From IMG/VR virus record IMGVR_UViG_3300045988_147571: a stretch of DNA of 64,000 nucleotides; one strand, given 5' to 3'. Positions 1 through 9,785 of the stretch are shown here, one piece after another; the stretch's first letter is position 1; the number at the start of each line of letters is the position of its first letter. This DNA is from a virus. The translations under genes were made by a program, and so were the position numbers. The notes under the pieces were generated by a model. That model worked only from the letters and a program-made list of their open reading frames with translations. It was not told the origin of the DNA and did not search any database.

Positions 1-5
1 GTAAT

Positions 6-1082
6 ATGTGTGGAAAGCTGAAAGATGCTTCCGACTTTTATAAAAGTACAGATCCTCTATGTACTACTGGTGTGACAAGAATATGTAAAATGTGTGCAGC
101 AAAGTTGGCATATTCTGAAGATTTAAAAGGCAATAAGAAAGCCCCTGATGAACAGAGTGTCCAGTTAGCGCTCAGATATTTAGACAAACCTTTCTTTCAA
201 AAGCTTTATGATGAATCTATTCTTGAAGCTGCTAACACTATGTCTGGTAGACCCAAAAATAATACTTGGACTAGTTATATAAAAAATATATCTATGCCAC
301 AATATAATACATTAACTTGGAAAGATGGTGATTGTGGTAATAGTTCTACTCTTCTACCGTCTATTGGGTCTGTAGATAACTCTGATGAAGTAAAAAAAAT
401 GTATAAAACCAATAAAAGAACTGTTATTTCAGCTCTTGGTTATGATCCATTCGAATCTGCTGCTGATGCAGATAAACCATTAATGTATGGAAAATTAGTA
501 GGTTTCCTTGATGAAAGTACGCAAGACGATGAATTGAAGTTAGGTGCCTGTGTAGAGATTGTACATAGTCTTAATCAATCTGAAAAAATCAATACTGTAA
601 TTAATGCTCTGCAGAAAACTCCAGAATCTATTATAAAAAATTCTGCTACTATTAAAGCTCTTGAAGCTACTAAAAAAGACATTATGAAAACTACTCTTGA
701 TTTGGCTCGTGATAATGGAATTAGTATTAAGCATAGTAACAGGAATACTAAGGGTGCTCATACTCTTACTGGTAAACTTAAAATGCTTAAGCAGTCTGAT
801 CTTAGAAGTAAGGAAATGAATCTTTTTGATATTAATACTGCTGAGGGTATGAAACAAGTTGCTGAATTAAGTTTTGAAGCAATTATGAAACAGATTAATC
901 CTGATGAAAATGATTTCGCAGAAATGGTTCGTACTCAGGCTGAGATGATCAAGGAGCTACAGAATAAGTGTGATGTTGCAGAAGAAGAAGCGAGAGTTTA
1001 CAGACGAGAAAATAATGATTTGAAAGAATTTCTACAAGAGAAAAAGTTAATTAATGAATCCGGGGAGGTTATATATGAATAA
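6..1082 (+). CDS. hypothetical protein, possible small terminase or DNA-binding protein (5' end may lie outside the window)
   Basis: Long ORF just upstream of the large terminase. The frame is open to the window edge. N-terminal Cys pairs (C..C, CKMC) look like a zinc ribbon. The C-terminal third is charged and coiled-coil-like (EEEARVYRRENNDLKEFLQEKK). The functional call rests on position only. Confidence 0.4.
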   Translation: MCGKLKDASDFYKSTDPLCTTGVTRICKMCAAKLAYSEDLKGNKKAPDEQSVQLALRYLDKPFFQKLYDESILEAANTMSGRPKNNTWTSYIKNISMPQYNTLTWKDGDCGNSSTLLPSIGSVDNSDEVKKMYKTNKRTVISALGYDPFESAADADKPLMYGKLVGFLDESTQDDELKLGACVEIVHSLNQSEKINTVINALQKTPESIIKNSATIKALEATKKDIMKTTLDLARDNGISIKHSNRNTKGAHTLTGKLKMLKQSDLRSKEMNLFDINTAEGMKQVAELSFEAIMKQINPDENDFAEMVRTQAEMIKELQNKCDVAEEEARVYRRENNDLKEFLQEKKLINESGEVIYE

Positions 1083-1121
1083 TATTTATACTCCTCAGTT
1101 ATGCAAAAGAGGTGCTCAATT

Positions 1122-4100
1122 ATGGTAAAAAACGATGCTGGTATTTGGGTGCCGGATTATAAAAATATATTTGTTCTCCCGTCTAAAGAAGTTATGGCTC
1201 AAAGAAAACTTGATGCCATGGAAGAACTAGCGGAAATACGTGCCTGGGGACTACGTAACCCGGTAAAATGGATTGAAACCATGTTTGGTGTAGAACTACT
1301 GGACATACAGAAATATGCAATTCAAATGTCATGGAATAAAAAATATGCATTATGGTTAGCAACCCGAAACATGGGAAAAGCTTTGGCTTTAGATACTCCT
1401 ATTCCGACTCCTGATGGATATAAGCTTATGTCTGATCTTGAAGTTGGAGACTATGTATTTGGTGATGACGGGGAACCCACACAGATAGTAAATACCTCTC
1501 CTATTTTTTATAACCACACTTGCTATAAAGTGTCATTTGAGGATGGAGAAGAAATAATTGCAGATGCAGATCATTTATGGGAGGTAAAAGCCAAAGATTA
1601 TAGACCTACTATAAGAGTACTAAATACCGAACAAATGTCTAATAATTTTGCACATAAGAGAAAAGATGGAAAAGGCATTGAGTACAAATATAGAGTAAAA
1701 ATAAGTAAACCGTTAGAGTTTCCTGAAAAGGATCTTCCAATTCATCCGTATGTATTAGGTCTTTGGCTAGGAGATGGATGTTCCGAAGATGGGTATATTA
1801 CTTCTTATATAAATGATTCTGTTGACATAATAAATAATATAGAATCTTTTGGCTATTTCGTTTCATCAGTCAAAGACGATTCTGGAAATAATTATAGATT
1901 ACGAATTCAGGATGAATATGGAGTACCGTTAAAGATTTTGTTGCGTGAAAATGACTTATTAAGTAATAAACATATCCCTTATATATATTTTATTGGTAGT
2001 ACAGAACAACGATTACACTTGCTGCAAGGTTTAATGGATACTGATGGTTTTGTCGCAGCGAATTCTACTTACTGTGAGTTCTCGCAAAAAAGTGAACGAT
2101 TAATTATTGATTTTTGTAAATTACTTGATAGCTTATCAATTAAATATTCTAAAAAATATAGATCAACTATATGTAATGGTAAATATTTTGATTCTTATAG
2201 AATTACCTTCTACTCTTCTAAAGAATTTCCATGTGTAAAAATGCAAAGAAAATTTGACAGACTTCCTGATAAAACCAGTGAACGTCAGAAATATAAATCT
2301 ATTGTTAATATAGAAAAAGTTTTTAGTGTGCCGACTAAATGTATAAGAGTTGATAACGATTCGCATTTATTTTTATGTGGAACTAAGAATACTGTAACGC
2401 ACAACAGTACTCTTGTAGGTCTTTATATTATGGCACGTACAATGTTAGTAAATAACTGCCGCTGTTATATATGCTCCGGTACAGCTACTCAGTCTGCCGA
2501 GACATATTTGAAGATTGAGAATATAGCTAAAGATAAAATAGAAAGTTTTTTAGGGTTAACAGACATTTATTTAGGTGAAGTAGTTACAACCCCTAACAGT
2601 GATGGGTGGATTCATAATCCTGCAGGTTTTACATATTCTCTTTATAATGGATCTTTTGTAAAAACTATAAATAGTAATGTTGATGCGTCTCGTGGTTTCC
2701 GAGCTGAATTATGTGTACTAGATGAATGTGCGTTTTTAGGAGAAGAGGTATTTCAAGTTATTGAGCCATTTACTGCACAGGATAAAAACTTCAGACTTGG
2801 TAAGGATAAATCTGGCAAAGAAATTGATGTTAAAGCATTACCTAGAGAATTGCCAAACCAAATGTTATACTGCTCTTCTGCTGGAGAAAAAGATGGATTT
2901 TTCTATACAAAGTATAAACAATACGCACTACAACAAATGTGTGGATCCAGGGATCATATGGTCCTTGATGTTAACTGTGATGTCATGATGAAAGCAACTA
3001 AAAATGGTCGTGGTTGTGATTTTTCTCTGCTTGACAAACAAAAGGTTGACAATGCAATGCGTGAAAATAAAGAAAAAGCTCTTCGTGAGTATTATAATAT
3101 ATTCACTTCTGATGGCGGCGCAGATGCCATCTTCAAACGTTCTATGATAGTAAAAAATTCTACTATCCGTCCCCCAATTATGTTTAATGATACAAAAGAC
3201 AGACTTTTTGCCTTCGCATATGATCCAGCTAGATCTATGGATAACTCTTTTGTCCTTGTTGGAGAATATTATAAAGATTCTTCAGACAATTGGAGAATGC
3301 GTATTGCTAATGGTATTAATTTTATGGATCTTAGTAAAAAGAATAAAACTCCTATGCGTACGCCTGAACAGGTCAAGAAACTGAAACAACTGATCCTTGA
3401 CTATAACGGTGATGGAGTCGATGACTATACAAACATAAGTAATATCTTTATAGATGCTGGTTCTGGTGGTGCCGGTGTTAATATTGCAGATTATCTTATG
3501 GAAGATTGGTATGAAGAAGGACATGAAGGTGAACAGAAATATTTACATAGAGGTCTTATAGATAAAGAACAATCGTCTGATTATGTCAAAAAATTTCCTA
3601 ATGCTGTAGATAAAATTAAATTATTACCGCCTACTATGTATAAATCTATTATCTATGAAGCTGCTATTGAAATGATGAGACTTGATCTCATAGATTTCAC
3701 TGCTGAGTATGATAATAAAGGATATTTAACAATGCTAGATATAGACGAAAAAGAAATGGCAAAAGCAAAAAAAGATTTAATTGCTAAGTATAAAGATAAA
3801 TCTATGTCTAAAGGTGAATTAGATCGTTTAGTTGAAGAAGAACTTCAAGAAAGAAATTTGGCCTCAACTAAAATTTATAAACTATCTCCTGATGAGGAAC
3901 TTGGTCTAGTACAGATTGACTCGCTAAAGGAGGAAATGGTTAATATGGTACGAAAGAAACGAGAATCTGGTAAAGATGGCTTTGAACTGTCTACAGAGAA
4001 GCAAAACAAATTGCATGATGATCGTTCGTATTGTTTCTCAATGCTCTGTTATGGACTCTCAGAACTTCGTAGAGAACATATTAAAAATAAGAAACGTCCC

Positions 4101-4166
4101 AAAAAAGAAAATATAGCTGCTGCTATGCCTATTCGTAAAGGTGTAGTAAGAAAAATGTTTAGTTAG
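1122..4166 (+). CDS. terL: terminase large subunit, interrupted by an intein
   Basis: A Walker A motif appears only after the intein is removed (..ATRNMGK|STLVG..). Also present: Walker B-like CVLDECAF and an RNaseH-like nuclease region (FAFAYDPARS). RBS AGAGGTG lies 7 nt upstream of ATG 1122. The ORF-track start at 1101 has no RBS. Confidence 0.85.
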   Translation: MVKNDAGIWVPDYKNIFVLPSKEVMAQRKLDAMEELAEIRAWGLRNPVKWIETMFGVELLDIQKYAIQMSWNKKYALWLATRNMGKALALDTPIPTPDGYKLMSDLEVGDYVFGDDGEPTQIVNTSPIFYNHTCYKVSFEDGEEIIADADHLWEVKAKDYRPTIRVLNTEQMSNNFAHKRKDGKGIEYKYRVKISKPLEFPEKDLPIHPYVLGLWLGDGCSEDGYITSYINDSVDIINNIESFGYFVSSVKDDSGNNYRLRIQDEYGVPLKILLRENDLLSNKHIPYIYFIGSTEQRLHLLQGLMDTDGFVAANSTYCEFSQKSERLIIDFCKLLDSLSIKYSKKYRSTICNGKYFDSYRITFYSSKEFPCVKMQRKFDRLPDKTSERQKYKSIVNIEKVFSVPTKCIRVDNDSHLFLCGTKNTVTHNSTLVGLYIMARTMLVNNCRCYICSGTATQSAETYLKIENIAKDKIESFLGLTDIYLGEVVTTPNSDGWIHNPAGFTYSLYNGSFVKTINSNVDASRGFRAELCVLDECAFLGEEVFQVIEPFTAQDKNFRLGKDKSGKEIDVKALPRELPNQMLYCSSAGEKDGFFYTKYKQYALQQMCGSRDHMVLDVNCDVMMKATKNGRGCDFSLLDKQKVDNAMRENKEKALREYYNIFTSDGGADAIFKRSMIVKNSTIRPPIMFNDTKDRLFAFAYDPARSMDNSFVLVGEYYKDSSDNWRMRIANGINFMDLSKKNKTPMRTPEQVKKLKQLILDYNGDGVDDYTNISNIFIDAGSGGAGVNIADYLMEDWYEEGHEGEQKYLHRGLIDKEQSSDYVKKFPNAVDKIKLLPPTMYKSIIYEAAIEMMRLDLIDFTAEYDNKGYLTMLDIDEKEMAKAKKDLIAKYKDKSMSKGELDRLVEEELQERNLASTKIYKLSPDEELGLVQIDSLKEEMVNMVRKKRESGKDGFELSTEKQNKLHDDRSYCFSMLCYGLSELRREHIKNKKRPKKENIAAAMPIRKGVVRKMFS
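1380..2405 (+). mobile_element. intein (342 aa) with LAGLIDADG homing endonuclease domain, Ala1, class-3-like
   Basis: In-frame insert between GK and ST of the P-loop. It begins ALALDTPIPTPDG (block A with Ala in place of Cys/Ser). Block B-like DADHLW follows. Two LAGLIDADG motifs are present (VLGLWLGDGC, LLQGLMDTDGF). It ends ..NTVTHN followed by Ser. Confidence 0.8.
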
Positions 4167-4177
4167 GAGGTGAGACA

Positions 4178-5722
4178 TTGGCTATTAAAGAGGAAAAAAC
4201 AACTCAAGAGATAAAAAATTATGCTCTTAAACAACAGGCATTACAAGAAAAATTCGCTCAAGTAAAGCAAGCTGTACAGCTTATTGATTTAACTAAAACA
4301 GAAACAAGAACATTTACTGTATTTAGTAAAGATAAATTACGTCAATATATGCAAAACCCTAAAACCAATGAATCTAACCTTCGTAATTTGAGCAGATTCT
4401 TATATAGAGTTTCTCATAATTACAGAAGACTTATCTCCTATCAGGCAGAAATGGTAGATTTAACAGCTCTTAATGTTATACCTCAGATAGATTTTATTGA
4501 GGATGCGCATGACGATGAAAAAATAAAGACTAGTTATTTTAATACTTTAGTACAACTTGATAAGATGAATATGCAGTCAGAGATTTTAAAATGCCTATTG
4601 ATTGCATGGCGTGAAGATACATTTTATGGTTATACATATGAAGATGATTCTGGTTTCTTTATTTATCCTCTTGATGGAGATTACTGTAAAGTATCTTCTG
4701 TTAATTACGATGGTACTCTTAATTGTGCTTTTGATTTTAGCTATTTCAGAAGTCATACTGCCGACTTGGAATACTGGGATTCCGAATTTAATTCTAAATA
4801 CAATTCTTTTCAAAGTGACAATACTCTTCGTTGGCAAGAGCTGGACCCAGAAAGAACTTTTGTTATAAAAGTTAATATTGATGATCCAACTCTTAACATG
4901 CCACCTCTTTCAGGTTTGTTCGAACCACTTATTGATCTTATTGATCTCCAAAGTATTCAGTCGGTGAAGGATGACTTATCGATTTATAAACTTCTGGTTG
5001 CAAGATTAGAAACACTTACTAATTCTGATGAACCAGATGATTTCTCAGTAGATATTGATACAGCTATTGAATATTATAACAGATTGGTCGAATCTCTCCC
5101 AGACTGTGTATCTGCAGCTATCTCCCCTCTTAAAATTGAACCTATAGAATTTCAAGGTGATCAAACTCAAGATGTTAATAGAATCGCTACTGCCACTTCG
5201 AACTTATTTAAAAATTCTGGTGGTGCACAGATTCTTGATAATGACAAAATCTCAGGTACTACTGCTTTTACTGCTGCTATTCTTTGTGACACAATGATGG
5301 CAATTAAAACTGTCCTTCCACAGATTGAAGAACGAGTTAATAGATATCTTACTTATACAATTGGTGATGATCATGCAAGGGTAAAATATTTTGAAGTATC
5401 TCCTTATACCAAAGCTTCTAAAAAAGAAGAGCTTATGAAATCTGGAGAACGAGGTGTGCCAGTGAAATTAGCTGTTGCTGCCCTTGATGGTATTTCACCT
5501 CTTGAAGCTTTATCTATGGATTATCTTGAAAATACTGTTTTGAAGCTCCATGAAACATGGATCCCATTTAGTACTTCTTTCACATTGAGCGGTTCTGCTT
5601 CACAACAAGTAATTGATGGAAAAACAGATGCTACCAATGGAGGAAGACCGGAATCTGATACTCTTACAGATGAAGGTGAGAAAAGTAGGGAATCTGGAAA
5701 ATCAAGTGAGCAGGAAGGATAA
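4178..5722 (+). CDS. portal protein (putative)
   Basis: 514-aa ORF directly after terL. TTG start preceded by GGAGGTGAG. Size, position and the acidic C-terminal tail are typical of siphophage portals. No motif was verified. Confidence 0.6.
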   Translation: MAIKEEKTTQEIKNYALKQQALQEKFAQVKQAVQLIDLTKTETRTFTVFSKDKLRQYMQNPKTNESNLRNLSRFLYRVSHNYRRLISYQAEMVDLTALNVIPQIDFIEDAHDDEKIKTSYFNTLVQLDKMNMQSEILKCLLIAWREDTFYGYTYEDDSGFFIYPLDGDYCKVSSVNYDGTLNCAFDFSYFRSHTADLEYWDSEFNSKYNSFQSDNTLRWQELDPERTFVIKVNIDDPTLNMPPLSGLFEPLIDLIDLQSIQSVKDDLSIYKLLVARLETLTNSDEPDDFSVDIDTAIEYYNRLVESLPDCVSAAISPLKIEPIEFQGDQTQDVNRIATATSNLFKNSGGAQILDNDKISGTTAFTAAILCDTMMAIKTVLPQIEERVNRYLTYTIGDDHARVKYFEVSPYTKASKKEELMKSGERGVPVKLAVAALDGISPLEALSMDYLENTVLKLHETWIPFSTSFTLSGSASQQVIDGKTDATNGGRPESDTLTDEGEKSRESGKSSEQEG

Positions 5723-5725
5723 GAG

Positions 5726-5911
5726 ATGAAGAAAAATTTTATACAGACTGCCGATCGAGAAACAGCGGATATCTTAAAATCTATTGGCTTTCCTCAGATC
5801 AGTGATAAAAAAGGTATCTATACATTTGCAAATTGCTCTTCTCTCTCATTTGCAAATGTAAATATAGATATAAATAAACTAACTTATACTGATATTTATT
5901 GTGCAAGTTAG
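5726..5911 (+). CDS. hypothetical small protein
   Basis: 61-aa ORF starting 4 nt after the portal stop. No recognisable motif. Confidence 0.35.
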   Translation: MKKNFIQTADRETADILKSIGFPQISDKKGIYTFANCSSLSFANVNIDINKLTYTDIYCAS

Positions 5912-5959
5912 TGCTCCTCTTCTATGAGGATAAAAATATATGATAGAAAGGAGGCTAAC

Positions 5960-7537
5960 ATGAAGAAAAAAGTATTGACATTAGATGATCTCTATTCTTT
6001 TTTTGAGCAGAAAAACCAAACTACTGTTTTTAGTGCAAAAGAATCTGGATTCAATATTGCGGTTCAGGTTCCTGCAAAATTTGAATTAGAAGACTCTAAT
6101 GAAGACGATGGTTTTTTACGAACTAAATTCAAAGTAAATCATTTATATGAAAATAGAAATAAGTCTTATATATCTGAAGAAGCTCAGTTAGAAGCTTTAC
6201 CGTCTTTACATTATAGACCAGTTCTGGCCGCTATTACCACTTTATCTGATGGAACTACAGATTTTACTTCTCATGCTATGGAATTTGATGAAGAAGGAAA
6301 TGTTACATATATTGAACAACCTATAGGTGTTTTTGTTAATCCTGAAGGGTATCATCTCGAATACGATGAAGAGCATGACAAAACTTATGTTATTGCTGAT
6401 GCAGTAATTTATAACGATTATTGTGCTCCTGCTTGTGAAATTATTCAGCGTAAACAAGGAACTAAAGTAAGCTGTGAATTAAGTATTTCAGAACTATCTT
6501 TTGATACTAAAGATAAGGTGCTTCATTTAGATAAATTCAGATACAATGGCGTAACTTGCTTAGGTACTGATCCTATTACCGAAAAGCCTGTTGAAGAAGG
6601 TATGGAAGGCGCCAGATTAGATATTGCTGATTTTAGTGAAGAGAAAAATAGTCTTTTTACTAATACAGAAGAAAAATTGTTAAAAGTTATTCAGTCTTTG
6701 CAAGACACTCTTGCTAAGTTTGAAGTTACAAGTCCAACGAAAGGAGGAAACGAACTGTTGAAACTCAATGAACTATTAGAAAAATATTCTAAAACTGTAG
6801 AAGACCTTGATTTTGATTATGAGTCAATGTCTGATGAAGAGTTAGAAGCTAAGTTTGCAGAATTATTTGATGAACCTGAGGCAGACCCAGAACCAGAAGT
6901 TACTACTGAGCCAGATCCGGAGCCGGAAGATAATTCTGATTTTAGCAAGAAAAAATACACAAAAAAAGATAATGGTAATACAGAAGTTACTTTTGAAATT
7001 AGCCATGAAGATGTGAGAGGTGCATTATATTCTCTTCTGTCTACTTGGGAAGAAAATGATAATGAGTGGTATTACATTAATGCTACATATGATGATCATT
7101 TTGTTTATAGCAACTGGGATGAAAGTAAAATCTTCCGTCAGGGCTATACAAAAGATGGTGATGCAGTATCTCTTTCAGATGAAAGAACTGAGTTATTTAA
7201 AGAATATCTTACTACTTCAGAAAAAGCTGAATTAGAAGAACTCAGAAGTAACTATGCCGCTCTCCAGACTAAAGTTAACGAATACGAATCAAAAGATAAA
7301 GAGGTTGTTCTTAGTGCTGAAATCTACAATGAACTGAAAGATAGAGAAGATTTTAAAGACCTGATTAAAAATCAGGCTGTTTACAGTGTAGAAGAAGTAC
7401 AGACAAAAGCTGATGCTATTTTAGGTAAATATGTTAAAGAAAAAGGCACTTTCAACTATCAGCAGAAACCTAGTGCTATAGGTTTTACTGAACCTAAGAG
7501 AGCTAAGAAACCATATGGAAGTTTATTTAAGGATTGA
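5960..7537 (+). CDS. scaffold-like or prohead-processing protein (putative)
   Basis: AAGGAGG RBS 7 nt upstream of ATG 5960; the ORF-track start at 5924 has none. Acidic Pro/Glu low-complexity linker (EPEADPEPEVTTEPDPEPED) and coiled-coil segments. Lies between the portal and capsid genes. Confidence 0.45.
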   Translation: MKKKVLTLDDLYSFFEQKNQTTVFSAKESGFNIAVQVPAKFELEDSNEDDGFLRTKFKVNHLYENRNKSYISEEAQLEALPSLHYRPVLAAITTLSDGTTDFTSHAMEFDEEGNVTYIEQPIGVFVNPEGYHLEYDEEHDKTYVIADAVIYNDYCAPACEIIQRKQGTKVSCELSISELSFDTKDKVLHLDKFRYNGVTCLGTDPITEKPVEEGMEGARLDIADFSEEKNSLFTNTEEKLLKVIQSLQDTLAKFEVTSPTKGGNELLKLNELLEKYSKTVEDLDFDYESMSDEELEAKFAELFDEPEADPEPEVTTEPDPEPEDNSDFSKKKYTKKDNGNTEVTFEISHEDVRGALYSLLSTWEENDNEWYYINATYDDHFVYSNWDESKIFRQGYTKDGDAVSLSDERTELFKEYLTTSEKAELEELRSNYAALQTKVNEYESKDKEVVLSAEIYNELKDREDFKDLIKNQAVYSVEEVQTKADAILGKYVKEKGTFNYQQKPSAIGFTEPKRAKKPYGSLFKD

Positions 7538-7558
7538 GCTATCAAATAGCTCTTTTTT
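7536..7558 (+). terminator. intrinsic terminator
   Basis: 7-bp stem GAGCTAT/ATAGCTC with a 3-nt loop, followed by TTTTTT. Overlaps the stop codon. Confidence 0.6.
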
Positions 7559-7591
7559 ATTGCCTAAAAATATTTAAAGGAGGAAATAAAA

Positions 7592-8065
7592 ATGGCATCT
7601 AATTTTCAGAAATTTATGGCTACTGCTGAAAAACATGCTGTAGCTGGCAGTTCTAAACTGAAAGCTACTATTGCAGGACATATTTATAATATCCAGATTG
7701 AAGAAGATCTGGATAATGGATCAATTGTTGCAAAAGGCGATTATATCAAACCGGAGACTTATAAAGCAAAAGATTCTACTGGTTTTAAAGGTAAAGTGCT
7801 TGATAAAGCAGCTAATGGTAATTGGTATGTAGAAGTTGAAGAAGCTGGAGACGCTCTCCTGGTTCTGCAGGTACCGATGCTGTATGAGGAATACACTACT
7901 GCTCTTAAACACGAAAGTAATTTCTACAATGCAAATGGAGATATTGTTCGTGCTTATGAACTGTATGCAGGTGACGTATTCGAAGTATCAGCTGAAGGAT
8001 TCTCTGGAACACCTGCTAAAGAATCTGCTGTAACTGTAACAGGCAAAAAGCTGACAATTGGTTAA
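7592..8065 (+). CDS. head-associated protein (decoration or scaffold candidate)
   Basis: 157-aa ORF with AAGGAGG RBS, immediately upstream of the capsid gene. The call rests on position only. Confidence 0.4.
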   Translation: MASNFQKFMATAEKHAVAGSSKLKATIAGHIYNIQIEEDLDNGSIVAKGDYIKPETYKAKDSTGFKGKVLDKAANGNWYVEVEEAGDALLVLQVPMLYEEYTTALKHESNFYNANGDIVRAYELYAGDVFEVSAEGFSGTPAKESAVTVTGKKLTIG

Positions 8066-8083
8066 TGGAAGGAGGAATACATA

Positions 8084-8544
8084 ATGAAACTTAATTTTTC
8101 TAGTAATGAAGTAAGAAACATTTTTGCAGAAAATGATTATGCAGAGTACTCCCAGCTTATGTTTGACACAGCTATGGGAGAAGAAAAAGTATCTACAAAA
8201 GATGCTAATGACAAGATCAGAGAGATCATGTTCTCCGTACTTGGTGTAGATGAAAATTGCACTAAGAAAGAGCTTAGAAAAGCTATTCGTAGACATAAAA
8301 TTGATGTATTTGAAATCATCGAGGAAACAGTAGAGAATCTGCTTGTTTCTGGTTGGGGAGAAAACCCATTCTTCAATGAATTCGTAGAGATTAAATCTAT
8401 GGCTGATGGTGATACTAATGAGTTCTATGTACCGGATGAAGTTATTCTGACAGTGTCTGAACTTGCGGGCAATCACCATGATCTGATCAGACAGCGCCTG
8501 GCAGAAGGACAGACATTCTCTGTTAAAACTTCTTGGTATGGGAT
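8084..8544 (+). CDS. major capsid protein, exon 1 (putative)
   Basis: GGAGG RBS. The ORF runs into a stop 8 nt after the predicted 5' splice site. It joins in frame to 9786..10404, giving about 359 aa. A strong terminator follows exon 2. Identity as the capsid protein is from synteny. Confidence 0.6.
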
Positions 8545-9785
8545 TAACTTTTAGTCCCCTTAACATTGTGAAATGTTTTGAAATAAATAACGCATTGAAT
8601 TGCTGGAAAACCTTAAAGCTAGTTAAACTACAACGTAATCTAAAAAGATAAGCGTGAATGTAACGAAAGTAGAAAAAATTAACTAGATGATACATGGTTC
8701 AATCCTAAATATCATGAGTAATTAGACACCTGTTTATAGGTGTTTTTTATTATGCTCAAAAATAGGCAATCAGCAGCTAAGACTTTTTAAAATGAGTAAA
8801 GTTCAACGACTATCTGGAGACAGAGTACATATACAAGTGTTTGGTATATGGAAGTGGTGCGCACCCTCGATGGGTGAAGATATAGTCTAATCTTTAGCGA
8901 AAGTTAAAGGGCTTTAAGCCAACACGGAGTAGCGTCCGATTAATATCATTTTTCAAAATAATTATATAAGGAACTATGAATGCAAGAAAAATTATGTGGT
9001 ATTTATTGTATAAAAAATACTTTAAATAACAAAAAATATATTGGTATGTCAAGAGATATAAAACGAAGATGGTCCGAGCATAGAACAGAATTAAATAGCC
9101 ACACTCATGTTAATCAATATTTACAATCTGCATGGGATAAGTATGGTAAATCAAATTTTAAGTTCTATGTTATTGAGTTATGTGAAGAAGAAAAACTTAG
9201 TGAACGTGAATGTTATTACATACAATTATATAAATCTTTATCTCATGAAAATGGATACAATTTAACAACTGGTGGTGAAAATACATCTATTGGTAAATCT
9301 GTTATATATTTGAAAGATGGAACGATTTATAACTATGTAAACGAAGCTGCTCAAGAAGCTAATGTTCAGTCCGTAACTATGATTAGTTGGTGCCGCAAGA
9401 AACATAACTATATGTATTTAGATGAATATAACACTCTTTCTAAAACAGAAAAAGAATACTGGAAAAATTTTAATTGGGAAGAATTTGACCATCAAAAATT
9501 AAGTCAAGCACATTCTCGTGAAAATCTCTCAAGGGTCACAATAAACAAATTAAGTCAAGCTACATCTGGAGATAATAATCCAAGAGCACTTAAAGTTTAT
9601 TGCCCACAGCTAGATGAAACATTTGATTGTATAAAATATGCCTCTGACAAATATGGAGTTAATAGAAGTAGCATATCTTCGTGTCTTAAAGGAAGACTTA
9701 AAAGTGCCGGTAAGCATCCCGTTACCGGAGAAAAACTAACATGGGAAACAGTTGAAAAATGATATTGAATTGTTAAATATAAATG
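8545..9785 (+). mobile_element. group I intron (1241 nt) carrying a GIY-YIG homing endonuclease gene
   Basis: Core elements in canonical order: P AATTGCTGGAAAA (8598-8610), Q AATCAGCAGC (8768-8777), R GTTCAACGACTATC (8801-8814), S AAGATATAGTCT (8877-8888). The IGS TTTTAGTCCC (8549-8558) is complementary to the ligated exons GGGAT|TAAAA, with a U.G pair at the splice site. G9785 serves as omega-G. Splicing restores the frame. Confidence 0.8.
8980..9762 (+). CDS. GIY-YIG homing endonuclease (I-TevI-like, with NUMOD-type DNA-binding modules)
   Basis: CGIYCIKN..KKYIGMS..RRWSEH..ERECYYIQ..NGYNLTTGG matches the GIY-YIG catalytic motifs. C-terminal NUMOD3-like (HSRENLSRVTINKLS) and NUMOD1-like (FDCIKYASDKYGVNRSSISSCLKGR) segments are present. 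Lies inside the intron, 3' of the catalytic core. Confidence 0.85.
   Translation: MQEKLCGIYCIKNTLNNKKYIGMSRDIKRRWSEHRTELNSHTHVNQYLQSAWDKYGKSNFKFYVIELCEEEKLSERECYYIQLYKSLSHENGYNLTTGGENTSIGKSVIYLKDGTIYNYVNEAAQEANVQSVTMISWCRKKHNYMYLDEYNTLSKTEKEYWKNFNWEEFDHQKLSQAHSRENLSRVTINKLSQATSGDNNPRALKVYCPQLDETFDCIKYASDKYGVNRSSISSCLKGRLKSAGKHPVTGEKLTWETVEK

Noticed and set aside
7988-8695. 235-aa minus-strand ORF
   Set aside because: It runs antisense to capsid exon 1 and the intron 5' region. It has no RBS and a low-complexity, Phe/Ile/Ser-rich translation typical of the antisense frame in AT-rich coding DNA.
8726-8748. Hairpin ACACCT/AGGTGT followed by TTTTT that looks like an intrinsic terminator
   Set aside because: It lies inside the capsid intron between the P and Q elements, in the expected P5 region. 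It is more likely an intron structural helix. A terminator here would abolish capsid exon 2 expression.
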